Source of the DNA: Callorhinchus milii
Lineage: Eukaryota
Assembly: GCF_018977255.1 (NCBI RefSeq)
Contig: NW_024704742.1
Coordinates: 14,510,001 to 14,574,000 of the forward strand
Direction of reading: 5' to 3'
DNA: 64,000 bases
Below the pieces are notes generated by a model. That model was not told the DNA's origin. It was given only the letters and a program-made list of their open reading frames with translations, and made no database searches. Below, piece by piece: positions 15,112 to 27,960 of the stretch; position 1 is the first letter of the stretch; each line of letters begins with the position of its first letter. Both the position numbers and the translations under genes were made by a program.

Positions 15112-16166
15112 ACAGGCAAACAAGGCTCATAAAGAGCCATGAAGTGAGCGACCAATTTTCCTATTTGGGCTCTGAAGCTTTAAAGGGAAAACTTTTGAAG
15201 CTTTAATTGGTAGAAGATCTTGTGTTCCTGAACATTAAATTAACTGTTCAACCTTGATTACATATTATTTTCCAAGTGGAACCTACATTACTGAATTATT
15301 CTGAAAGTGATACCCTACATTCCGAAAAATATTGTAGGGACAGGCTCTTAAACCTTTACCAATGTTTTTTCAATTCTGCATAAACGAGAAAGAAGGAAAA
15401 AGAGGAGAGTAGCTAAAGAATAGGATGGGTGGAGACTCATCTGCAGTATAAACACTAGTATTGACTAGTTGGGCAAAATGGCATGTTTCTGTATAGATTG
15501 TATGTCATTCTATATTTAAGAAAAGATTTCTGTGATATTCAGAGAATATCTGAAGAGAAAAGATTGATATTCTAAAATAAAAGTACATGTATTTAAATTA
15601 AAATTTTGATTTCTTAAACCTTTCACGTCTGTTTGTGCAATGTGCTGTAATATCTCATCCTTTCCTGTGCAATTCTCTGCTCACATCATCAAACACAGTG
15701 TTTGTGATGTTGAGCTCAAGCTGTATGGTATGAAAAAACTGGATTCAGAAGCAATGAAGATTCTTGGGAAAGACTTCCATCTATAAAGTGAAATTATAAT
15801 CGTCACTATTACAGATTTCAGGAGCAAAATCTTATCATATGCAAGGATTACGTCACAACCTGGGCAAGAGAAGTATGACTGGGATAGTTCTCAAATGTTA
15901 TTCTTTCATCAAAGATTACAGAAATATATTGACTCCTACTCTCTCCTCCTCCCCCATTCTTTGATGGGTTTAAATATGCTGGAATCTGATCTGATGGTAT
16001 CAAACTTCCTGTGAACGTCAAAAAGCATATAATTTTGGAAGCAAGTGAAAATACTCATCTGTTACAAATTGGTGTTTGTTGTCAATAATGCTTCATTTCT
16101 AAGAAAACTTTGATTTCATGGCCTGTTGCGGGACAGTGTTATGTCCAAATTAACTGCCACAGAGAA

Positions 16167-16798
16167 CAGGGTGGTCCAACCTTTTGGTTGCCGCAGGCCG
16201 GATTACCTGTTTGAGAAAGGTCTGCAGACCACATAAGCAATAATTTGTTTTTTCCTTCCAGGAACATAACTTTTAATTACACAACACCTTTTTCATGTTG
16301 GAAGGACTTCTCAAATCGCTCAACACTGTCGGCTGGGCACCTGAGCCAAGAGAGGTGGGCTGAGGAAAGAGAGGAGGGATGGAGTGAGTTGGAGGGACTT
16401 CAGGAATTGAACCAGAGAGCTTGGATAAAAGGGAATGGTGGGGTAGATGGGGTGGGGGGCATGAAGCAAGCTGGTGTTTGCTGAGCAAAGGGAACAGCCG
16501 GGTCGGGAGGTCGCAGAGGTGTGGGGGGGAGGGGGGGGAAGGGGTGGGGGGAGAGGGACAAAGGACATTGAGTGGTTTTGCATAGGGGAAAGGGAACTTT
16601 CTGTGAGGAAACTGCACGGCACATGAATCACTCTCTCCCCCTCCCTCAATCATTTTCTCCCCTTTCTTACACAGCCACCCTCTCTCTTGCTCTCTCTTCT
16701 CTCTCTCTCTCTCTCTCTCTCTCAATCACCCTTTCTCCCACCTCCTTGAATCCCAAAATTGCTAAAATCACTGGCCGTGCTGGATGCAGACCACGCTG
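16167..16798. mobile_element. Probable non-autonomous hAT (Charlie-like) element
   Basis: Ends CAGGGTGGTC / GACCACGCTG. Flanking 8-mers ACAGAGAA / GCCTAGAA match at 5 of 8. G-rich and (CT)n interior. Confidence 0.5.
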
Positions 16799-19565
16799 GC
16801 CTAGAAAATACAATTATTATTATTATTATTGTAAATGAAATATACATCTCAACTAAAGCTGCAATGTCGACCACAGAAAGCATTTATAGAAACAGGAGAC
16901 TTGACAGTGGTACCAGAGGAGAATTATACACAATTGTACAGATACCCACTTTCCAGCAATGATCATTGTGTAGCAGTCTGAGTTAATAACTGAGCCTGTT
17001 ATTGCTAGAATATGGCATGTCTGTAATGTTCTCTAATTTTCTAATTCGAGACATTATAAACTTAAAACTAGAATATACAGCGTCACAAGACAGTGCGAGT
17101 TCACAGTGTTCTCAGAGAACAATTATTTTGGTGTCAAAATAATCCTACAATCCACAAAGGGTCAACATGCCCTCTGCCAAATAAACAGTCTCCAGTCACC
17201 ACAGCAAATGCAGCACCTTCTGCTTCACTAAATTACAAGCAGGTGGATATAGCTGTTTTTAGCTGCAAGGCATTGAGTAATCTGGCACAGAACTGCATGG
17301 ACCTATTGAGGCACATTCCCTTAGCTGATAATGATCTCTTCTTTCAAATTGTAAGTTTGGAAGTGGTAAATTATCCCCAGTTTTTGTCATGACGTCAGTG
17401 ACTTTAATACATTAATATATCTTGTTTCTCTCTTCAAATATTAGATCAAATTCCTCATGTAGCCTCAGGCACATGTCTGGAAGCATTATTGCCACATCTT
17501 CTAGCCACATCTTTTATACCATGAAGGTTGACACATTTTTCATGGTATAAAAAATAAATTTTTGACCTCCCCCAATGGATCAGCTGCTAAAGCCACTGCT
17601 TAGAGTGCAAAGGAGCAATACAGATGAAGAAGACCTCAGATTTTGAAGAGCTCAGCTATCCTGTCTGGGATGGGTTAGTTAATATCAGTAATGAAGGCAG
17701 TAATGTCCACAACAATTGGCCTCAGCACTCTGGGATAGATAAGGAGGAAAGAAAGTCCGATTGCTCTGCAATGAACACTGCTGGAACACGGGTACCTATA
17801 TTTGATGGGTGATGGTCATGTATTTATGTATGCAGCTCCCAATCCAATTCTATCTGCTCTTACATCGGATTCCAGACTGACAGAACACCTTTCTTGATTG
17901 TTTAATTTCTGATTCGCTGCAAAACTGGCTTGTCAGACTGTTTTACAGCAAGTGTAAATGAATTCCAAAATAAAGTTGCTTGATCGGGGAGCTGAAGAAA
18001 GAAGAGGATTTAAAGTGTGGAATCTAGTTAGAAGAACCGTACACAAATGAAAGTGGCCAGACAGATTATAATATTCTTTTCTGTACTTCCAATATTGCTA
18101 TAACCAAGAATCTTTGTGTTTTGCTCAATTGGCAACCAAAACCAGGCTAAAACATTCATCTATTTACTCATACGATGGCTGCCTGTGACAGACCACTGCA
18201 ACATTGAAGATTAGAAGCCATTCTTTTCACCTTCAGGATGTTGGCTATAAATTCTATTGCAAAGGGACATGGAAGAAATTCCTCATGCAGCACAGCTATC
18301 TGTAGCGACAGTGATGACGTGCCAACACAGGCTGAATGCCATTATTGATACATATCATCAATATTGGTAAACATAGGAGTATGAAGGATTGCTTTCTATA
18401 GTTACATGAGGGGTTACAAATATTTCAGGAATTTTACTGGTTCCATCAGTTGCAATGCATATGGTTACACATCCACCCCCATCACCACCACCCCAAATCT
18501 GGCACTTCACCTGTCATCTTTAAATACCACATTCACTAGGCTTGAGTTTAACCACCTTAATCTATACAGCTCTAGGCTTCAAGATGGCATCAAATAACTA
18601 ACCTGACACTTGCTGAATGACTTATGTTTGGACTGAAAGTGACAGAGGATATAGAATCAGCTTGAACTCGAGTCACCTTACGCAGCTAGTTTTAGACTGG
18701 CATTGGGGTATTGTTGTTTGTTTTATGAGTAGACTTTTTATCCATCATTTGAAACGCTCCATTTCACTTTTCATCACAAGTCTCATTCAAAGCAGATTTC
18801 CTTCGATGGATGAGTTTCAGAAATTGAAGTGCTTTGTAGTAAAGTTCTGCAATATAGAATGAAGAAAATCAGCAGCAACAGACTGCCTTGCATTTTGCAT
18901 TTTGGCTGAGAAGACTCTTGACTGGCAACATCTCTGGGTGGAAAGAATGAGAAGCAACAAAACATATTACCAAGTGAGAAGTATTTCTCCAAATTCTGAC
19001 TGAATTCTGTACATTTTACAATTGTGGACAAACAAAGCCAACAATTTGCACATAGAAATGTCCCACAAACAGTCATGAAGTGAATAACCGATTTTATCTT
19101 GGGGATTGTTTGTGAGGACAAAGGAGAAACACCCATTTCTTTTCCAAAAGCGCCATGGGATCTCGGTTCAAGTCTTGTCCGATGGATCAGACTTCTGACA
19201 TTGCAGCACACTCTCAGCATTCTATTGGAGTATCAGCCTTGAATGTGAATTCATAGTCTTTGTGTAGGGATTGAACCCACCTTTTATGGCACATAAACGA
19301 GATTGTTGCCAACAGAGACAGACTGACATTTAGTAAGAGATACTTCTGCAGAGCCAGGGCAAGGCGTCTAAAATCAGCTGGGGAACAGGTCGCCAGTGAA
19401 GTCTTATAAGAACGGTATGCCCTGATAAAAATCTTGAAAACCACTTTCAATGCAGTCTCTAACCTGCTTGAAACCATCTGAGTTTACAAACTAATTTGCG
19501 CGACCATTTCTTCTTAAAGATAATTTCATTGATCTTCATCATTGGCAGAGCTATTGTTTTGGAAT

Positions 19566-19687
19566 CTGAGGGCTGAAATTTATGCTGGCATTGGCATTGA
19601 TGATGTCGGCTTTAATGGGATTTCCCATTATAATTATGCATTACCAAAATCGCGACATACAATTCTAACAGGAATTTCAGCCCTCAG
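19566..19687. mobile_element. Palindromic MITE-like element
   Basis: Perfect 15-bp inverted ends CTGAGGGCTGAAATT / AATTTCAGCCCTCAG and a central palindrome TAATGGGATTTCCCATTA. Confidence 0.7.
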
Positions 19688-19989
19688 GTCTCCAATCAGT
19701 TTGGCTATCACATTATGTGCTGTTTTTGCCAGGACAGCTTTGTCATGCTCGTTAAAAATGCTCAGGATAAGATTTAAAACAATATCTTTGATTTAAAAAG
19801 CCTTAGGATCTGTTCGTAAGTCACTTAATCTCATCTTCTCTATTACTCTTAGAACAATAGAAATTAGATAAATAAAATGAAGTAAAAATTCAAGATAAAA
19901 TGAATTCATATATAGACCTTAAATAATTCAAATCAACTTTTAAGAGTGAAAAATCCTTCAGAATGTTTAGATTTACTTGGTAATATTTA

Positions 19990-20330
19990 TGCGTTGATGT
20001 ATGCATGTGTGTTTTGTATTTGTATGTGCATTTGTATTTTGTGTGTGCACAGTATATGTATTGTATTTTGTGTGTGGGATTTTTGTGGAGGGGGATTTTT
20101 GTGTGTCTTCTGAGTATGTGATTAGTGTGCCTGCATTTTGTGTATGCGTCTGCTTTTTGTGAATGTGTGTATGTGTGTGTGTTGTATGTTTTGGTTGTGT
20201 TTTTTTGTGTGTGTGTGTGGGTATGTGTTTTCTGTGTGTGTATTATGTGTCCATTTGTTGTTTTGTGTGTGATTTGTGTTTGATGTATCTTTGTGCGTGT
20301 CATTTTGTGTGTGTGTGTGTGTGTCTGTCT
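19990..20330. repeat. Degenerate (TG)n low-complexity tract
   Basis: Visible directly; it explains the CV- and HT-rich ORFs. Confidence 0.9.
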
Positions 20331-23300
20331 CGCGCACACCAGCACGTATTATGGCGGAGGCAGAGGTCACCAAGATTTGTAACGATTTCAGAGTTCATTT
20401 ACACAGTGTTGATGTTGAAACAGAGCAAAGTCAATAGCTGCAAGTATGGAATGAATTAGATTATGCCCTAGGCATTCTGCTGCCAACAAAAACATGAGCT
20501 CTGATCATTTCAAGCTGCAGTGGAAGTAACAGAACAAACATTGTACATACATACAGTACGAGTTCAATTATCCGCCTACCTGCTCAGCTCCCCAACTCAG
20601 ACGCACTGTTTTTTTAATGCTGAAGGTGAGACACTTGTTATTAACCTTAATTTTTTCATTCATTGAGATATAAAGAACATGTTATATTCATCAGTTGAAC
20701 AACTTAAGCATGTGTACCTAATAAAGGAATATTTATAGCCTAACACAACAAAAACAAACTGTACAGAATCGTCAAAGTCTGAAAATAATTAATGATTGGA
20801 ACAGATTACCAGGAAGTGTGGTTGAGGCCAGGACACTGGACTCATTTTTTTAAATCAGCTTAGTACTGTGATAGGGTGAGTAGGGTGAGTGTTCTGGAAG
20901 GATGAGATCAAATGAGATGAAAAGCCTTCTTTGTGCGAGCTGATCTTGTAAAATTGTTAAGGGTTCCTATTACCTGCTATTTTTGTTTCCTTATTTCTCC
21001 TGTTAAAATCTTGCATTAAAATTTAATTCTTGAATCAAATGCTTGTGAAACAAATGTAACACAGGACATCTGGCTGTTATGGCTTTTAACTTCTCAAATT
21101 ATTGATGTTGAATTGAACAAAAATAGTCCTGCATTTAACACGAGAAATTCAAATCAAACATGGAATTGAAGACGCTCTGGCAGAATTGATTTCTATCACA
21201 GAAGCAAGAGCGACAAAGTTATAATGTTTTCTTCAATTTTTAGGCAAGATCTTTAAAAGATGTCTTTTGGACTTTGCTTTTGGCAAAGAATGTGGAAAAA
21301 TGTGCAATTTGCCAGTCTGAGATTCTTGTTTACATGCTGTAGTATTTCACTCATCACAGCAAGCAAACACCCAGTCCATACAACACTCAGGGCATCAAGT
21401 AATTTATGGGCAGATGGAAACTTGCTCTGTGTTACAGCAAAGGTCAGCGTAGCCTAACTAAAACAGTTTTTTTTAAAAAAGCCTTTAAAAGCAATCTCCA
21501 ATGCAATTGTAATACACCATTAATCATAGTTTATCTCGCCATCTATACTTTGCAAGAACTTCTTTGTTACTGCTCATTTGCTCCTAGTCCTTCATCTTAC
21601 CAAATACTGTTATGAACATAACATTTTTTAAAAGGAGGTAACCAAAAAAAGAAAATCCAATTCCAACAACTTTCCCAGAGGAAATGATGAGAGAATGCCT
21701 GTAACAAGCAATTGTTTTGAACAGCGTGAGAAAATATAGTACGTAAATATATATACTGTATATGGCAATTAAACAGGCAGTTATTCAAGACAAATTCACA
21801 TCCGAGAGTCACCAGGGTCAAAAATAACTATGTGCTAATTAGCAAAACAATTCTGATTTAAAGAAGAATATTGTAGAATTTTGTTTAAATCAGACGTTTT
21901 GTAATCTGGTTTTGAAATCCACACAGATCGAGTATTTTGTGGTTCCTGGATTGCTAGTAGGGGCCTTTATTTGTATTAAGTATTTTTGTGCCCTTCAAAA
22001 ACTCTTGTAAAGTTAACCGCAAGAACTAGCCTGGATTTTTGTCAATTGTAAGATCATGCTGACAGAATTTAATTATTGGCACTATTCTCAGTTTGCAAGT
22101 TCTATTGAAATAGTGCAATTTGTACTTGCATAAACACAACTGTTTTGAATCAAAAATAATACAAGTTTTGGGTAGTGTGAGTTTACACACTAAACTTTCA
22201 CCTCTGGGATCTCAGTCAAATCCAGCCTGATTATTTCCATGAAAATCCCTTTCTTAGCTAACTACAAGGATCCTTTGTAAGTGCAACCTCATCGTGAATA
22301 CAATAATTAATAATAATATAAGGAAGGGCAGCATTGCAATGCTGGAGATGTGCTCCATTGTTGGAGATACCATTTTTTGTGTGAGACATTAAACTGAGAT
22401 GCCATCTGCCTATTTAGGTGGACCTTAAAGATCCCATGGCACTTTTGGATAACTGAAGGGAGTTTCTCCTGATGTTTTAGAATATTCCAACTGTGGGCTA
22501 ACAAAGATGTTGTACAAATTGAACATTACCTCATTGTACATTCCATTCATTTAATTGACATATTTAACCATGTGAAGTGAGAGCTATTGGTTTTGAATGA
22601 ATTGACTATCGACTATTGACAAAGAATTGACTATTGACTCTTTTACTATTGAAACCTAACATGCCACCTCTGCATCCACAAAATAAGGTTTTGATCTCTA
22701 GAGTTCTGCAGTATGACGACATGCCTAATGCATCATCTACTCATTAATACCATTCGTAGTTGTGAGATCCATATTTAACTGCTCTTTGGTTATTTTTTTC
22801 TAACTGTTTGAAGACTGATTACAATTGGGTGGTAGCAGAGTCTAACTGTTTGCTAACTCTGTAACTCTGTCTGGCCAGCGCCTTGGGACGTCCTCCCAAC
22901 GTGAAAGGCACTATACAAATGCAATTTTGTTGTTGTTGTTCTTGTTGCTAAAACTATTGACAATTCTGTTCATCACTCTGATGGTGGTGATTGTAAACTC
23001 CAAATTAAAAGTTCACCCGGGAAATATGTGCCTCAACACCATAGAACTAATTGAGAGGAATTATTATGAGATTATCGTTATTATTATGCTACAAATTATT
23101 ACTAAACATGGTGGAATAAAATCTCAGCCACTGTGTGCTAATTGTCCTACTATTCAGAAAATATCTCCTACTATTCTAGCTGTGGCACATCCAATTTCCC
23201 ACAGAATAATATTTTTTTAATCTTTAAAAAATTAAGTGTTTCAGTTGATGCCCATCAATTCATAGCATTTTTTTTTTACTTCAACACATTTTTCAGCTAG

Positions 23301-25516
23301 ACCTCAACTCTCATCTGACCACATGAATTCTGCTTAGAAGTCCATCAGTTATCATAAAGGAGACTCTTTCATCTGCTCTGCTCCTCAGCTGGATAAGAAC
23401 CAAGGTCAAAGAGGTGAAAGGACTGTTCAATTTCCACTCAATCATCTAACGTGCAACCTTAGCTTTCGGCAAGTTGCAGTCTATTCACATAGTTTGAGCT
23501 ATTTCAAAAATAAACTTAGTCATAAATGGCACTAACACTACAAAAACAGCTCTTATAAATTTTCAGTGCTCTATAAAAAAGATTTTATTGAGAACTCCCC
23601 TGACGATTTGGTAGGTAAAGCCATTGCCTTATATGAAAAGGAGCTATACAGACCCAGATAATTCCAGTCTTTATCCTTGTGCTGTGTTGAGTTAGCTGCA
23701 TTCAGTTGATGCATCCAACTGAGGACATTTATAATTGGTCTCAGCACTCAGGTCTAATGGAAGCGATTTGAGAGAAGTGGGAGAAATGAGCCAGTAGTCC
23801 TACTCCTGATCAGGATCCAATAACCTACCTTCCCTGGAGATGCAAACGCACAAGTAGTTAGTTGTATAATTGGAGGATATTCTGTTCTGAGCATAGCAGT
23901 TAAAGTGCTTAGTTTACTATTTCCTTCTCCCCCCTCTGCACCCCCTCCCAATGTAGGGTGGGACGTCATAAAATATTATGGTTTGAGCATATTAAAGAAG
24001 GAACATGAAAATAATCAAAACCAAATTTTTGCCTAAAGTAACCCAAATTCCATGAAATTTTGTTTAATTTGTAAAACTGCAAGGACCAGCCACCTTACAC
24101 AGTTGCATTTTTGTCCCCATTCACAAAGCATGTGTGTAGTTAACCTTCTCTCAAGTACCGAATGGCTCTTGACCAAATTCTGGGCCATTTGGTTGTCATC
24201 AATGCCACTAAGTAATGTTGACTTAATAACCTGGAAGTCAGTCATTTCACCTTCTAGCACTAAAACAAATGGCCAATTTACACAGCAACCAGGAAGTGAT
24301 ATCAATGATGACCTGATAACCCAGAATTCAGCCAGGAGTAGGGAGACTGACAGATGGCTTTGCGTTTGCAAAGTAAAACACTTTTTCACGTTTGCTAATG
24401 AAATGGCTTTAGCGGAGTCCAAATATCACGTTATAAAGGTTTTTTTTCGCTATATAGTGGTGAGAACTGCCTACAACCTTAAAATCTTGAAATGCCTTGA
24501 AATCTAACATCGAAGGAAAATGTGGCTTTGGGGTGGTGATGCACTTGTCTTTATCTTATGAAGATCCCTCACTGTTAGTCAAATCTTTCTAGGATCAACT
24601 GCTATCTTGGATTTACTTCCATGTTCATCCCTCATGGATTTATAAAAAGCTGGTTCAATGACGTTTGGGTTTCCTAGGAAAATAAATATTGATGAGTAAA
24701 CATTTTGCATCTGGAAAATATGAATATTTTACTTGTACATACATAATTGTCATTTACATGAGAAATAAGAGATCACAAGGTATGCAAGATTTATAGAGTA
24801 CAGCATTAACATGTGTTGAATGTTAACACATCAAGTTGATGACAGCCCTCTACTCAGTGAGATATAAATAGTCCACCATTTATGTGTACCTAGAAATTCA
24901 ATTCAACAATAATAAACTGAAAAGTAGAAATAACTGGAAAAGGCACACCGATGTGAGTCAGGACAAGGGAGACAACAATTTGCAACACAAAAAATCATTT
25001 AATTTAAGCTTGATCAAGAAGTCAGCTTTCATCATCAAAGTTCTGAATTACTCAATTACTCAAGAGCTTCTGGAAACTGTCCAACACTGCAAGCCTTGTA
25101 AGATAATGTTTGTCGCTATCTACTGTCCCATCTTTATACCATATGAACATCATGGAAAATAACCTTCTCCAATCCAATGATTCTAGATTATAATAAACAA
25201 TTGCATCTTATTAGAGAAAACTAACAACTTCACAATTTGGTTTATTATTCACCGAAGAAATAATTTTTCCTTATCCCAAAGCTCTTTGACTTCAAGTAAC
25301 CCAAGAAAACCAGCCTGTGTTCTGAAGTGAGCGAACTGGCTTTTAGCATTCAATTTGGATTTTTTAGTTAGTTAACACTGGGGTCCACACCTCATTCACA
25401 CTATAAGTGAAATCATGTTCACTTCTCTTCATGAAGTGCATTAGAACAGATTTTACTGGAGTAGTTAAATCATAAGGAGGCAGTGGAAAGGAGTTGAGAG
25501 AGGAGAAAGAAAGGGG

Positions 25517-25520
<4 letters not shown>

Positions 25521-25555
<35 letters not shown>
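25521..25555. repeat. (GA)n microsatellite
   Basis: Visible directly. Also (TA)n at about 5878-5900, a G-run at 5588-5618 and (CT)n at about 16680-16722. Confidence 0.95.
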
Positions 25556-25558
<3 letters not shown>

Positions 25559-26332
25559 GGATAGTTACAGAGGATACATTGCTAGACTTCTGTGAATGAA
25601 ACGGAAGCAATTTTAACAACTGTCATCTTAACAAATGGCATCTTAACAAGATGGCTTTGTATCGTCACCACACAGTTGTCATTTGATGAATATCAAAGGC
25701 AGTGGGTAGAAATCAGGGATGGAAATACATTAGAATCCCTGTCCTGACTCTTGATGGTTAGGCTTTTTTTAAACTCAGTAGAAATTTGGGATCAGACCTG
25801 AGAACAGGCGGTTCATCTGAATGGTTTCGATATTAGATAAAAACATTGGATAAAATTACTGACCCATCAGTCAAGAATAATTTTAGGGATATAACAATTC
25901 AAAACGTCTCTCTCTTATTCCCCTCCCCACCCAGGTTAAGAAGATCTCTTGTTAAAATACCATTCATTAAAGTTGACCAAGATTCAGCAAAGCCTATCAT
26001 TGTACCCCTGTAAAAGAGAAAACAGAAGTCAAATATTGTCGGGAGAAAAAAAAAACTGAAAACAAAATGCTATGCCCTGAAAATGAAAATAATACCCTAC
26101 AGCAAAGGGATATTTTCTTTCACTTTGCAAGAATTCTATCAACGCCACACACAGCTAACATTTGGTAAAGGATATTTATATAATATAATTCCATGTATTT
26201 CATCACGTTTTGCTTAAGTAACCAGAAGCAATCCAAGGATCAGTTAAGAAAATAATGTAATATGTTTCATCAATTATTCAATGCAGGCAATCCTGCCTAA
26301 TATCTCCGCTACCTCCCCACAGCTGAAATCAG

Positions 26333-26651
26333 TAATAATAATAATCTTTGCCTTTGATATAGCACTTTTCACGTCTACTAGACGTCCCAAAGCGCTTAAC
26401 AGAACACACTGTAAAGTGAATTGACTGTATATTTGTGGGCGAACGCGGCAGCCAATTGCGCACAGCAATGTCCCACAAACAGTCGTAGATTGAAAATGAC
26501 CAATTTATTATTGTTTTTGGTTTTGGAGGGATTATTATTAGGCTCTGTGTGGAGTAAGGAAACTTGCCCAAGGTTTCGCCCTCTGCCTGGAATTGAACTC
26601 AGGTCTCTCGCTTGCAAAGCGAGTGCTCTAATCACTGAGCTACAGGACTCC
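26333..26651 (-). mobile_element. tRNA-derived SINE, short subfamily
   Basis: Reverse complement matches 35057-35379. Confidence 0.9.
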
Positions 26652-27317
26652 ACATTAGCACAAACCTGGAATTGTACCTGTAATCTTCCTGGCCATTATT
26701 GCTGCACAGGTGCTGCATTTACACACTGAGTTACTTGGAATCCTCAAACAAAACCCATTTTGCTACAGTCATGTGCTAATAACTGTATCTTCATGTCTTA
26801 AAAAGTTATCTGTCATTATTACTACTAATAGTACAATGTTAAATAATACTCCTTGCATTTAATACAGTGCCCTTCAGGTCAGGAGGACTTCTCAAAATGC
26901 CACCCAGGAATTGCTGTCTCGTGTTGTTACTGTGTATTTTGTAGACGGATGAGGCAGTCAATTTGCACATAGCAATGTCCCACAAAGTGAACAATTTTAT
27001 CTGAGGAACTGTTGGCCAGGACACCAGGAGAATCTCCCCTCTCTTTTCAAATAGTATCATTTGAACAGGCAGTTCGGGCTTCAGTTTTTCTCATTCGAAG
27101 AACAACACCTTCAATAATACAGTACAACCACAGCACTGCACTGCATTGTCAGCCTGAACTATTGAGGTGAAAGTCTTACAAACAGCCATAAAGTGAATGA
27201 CCAATTTTATTTGGGTGGGGATTGTTGCTCCGGAAAACAGGAGAAACTCCCTTCTGTTTTCAAATAGTGCCATGGGTTCTTGAACATCAATGCATTGGAG
27301 TGTCAGTCTAGAGCATG

Positions 27318-27960
27318 AGATGCTCTATCAGCTTGTCTGGCAGGCTTCAGAGCCTGGATGAATGCAAACTTCTTGCAGCTGAATGCTGACAAGGCTTGGC
27401 TCTCGTCAATGTCTTATGCCCTGCAGCTCTGACCTCCTCAACCTCTCCGACCTATCCCTCAGACTCATTGAACCGGTGCACAACTTCCAGCTGTCCTTCT
27501 TTCCCTTCATCTGATCCCTGACCAGGACCAAAATGCAACCTAGGAATTGCAACCCACTTTCCTACACCTCTGCCACATTGCCCACCTCCGACCATACCTT
27601 ACCCAAGAAGCAGCCAAAACGGTCTCCCCAGATCCACCACGCACAAGATCCAGCTGATCCAAAACTCCGCCGCCCGCATACCAACTTACACTGAACTCCA
27701 TACCCCCATCATACCAGTTCTATCCGGGCTTCATTGGCTCCTTATCACCAAACAAATCGATTTCAAGATCCTCACAGTCTTTTTCAAATCCCTTCATCCC
27801 CGGCACCTCCTTACCTCTCCAAACTGCTTACTCCCCAACCCACTACCCACTGTCTTCGCTCACTGATTCTGACCCCCTGCTTGTCCCTCGTACCTCATTC
27901 TTATCCCTTGTGCCCTCCGTTGCAGCATTGGAGCGCTATATAAATACAAGTTGTTGTTGA
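27318..27960 (+). mobile_element. L2-clade LINE 3' fragment
   Basis: Decayed WMNANFLQLN-like and LHWL...FKIL segments, with a (GTT)n tail. Confidence 0.75.

Noticed and set aside
19890..20459. His/Thr-rich and Cys/Val-rich ORFs
   Set aside because: Translations of (TG)n/(CA)n low-complexity DNA.
24290..24304. 15-mer CAGGAAGTGATATCA repeated at 56704 (ETS-CRE-like)
   Set aside because: A few shared 15-mers are expected by chance among all position pairs in 64 kb.
24033..24507. Overlapping 129-aa and 151-aa ORFs as a nested gene
   Set aside because: No recognisable domain or splice structure; treated as non-coding.
26274..26729. Recurrent ORFs (MGKFPYST..., [14 protein letters not shown]...) suggesting a gene family
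   Set aside because: Translations of SINE copies.
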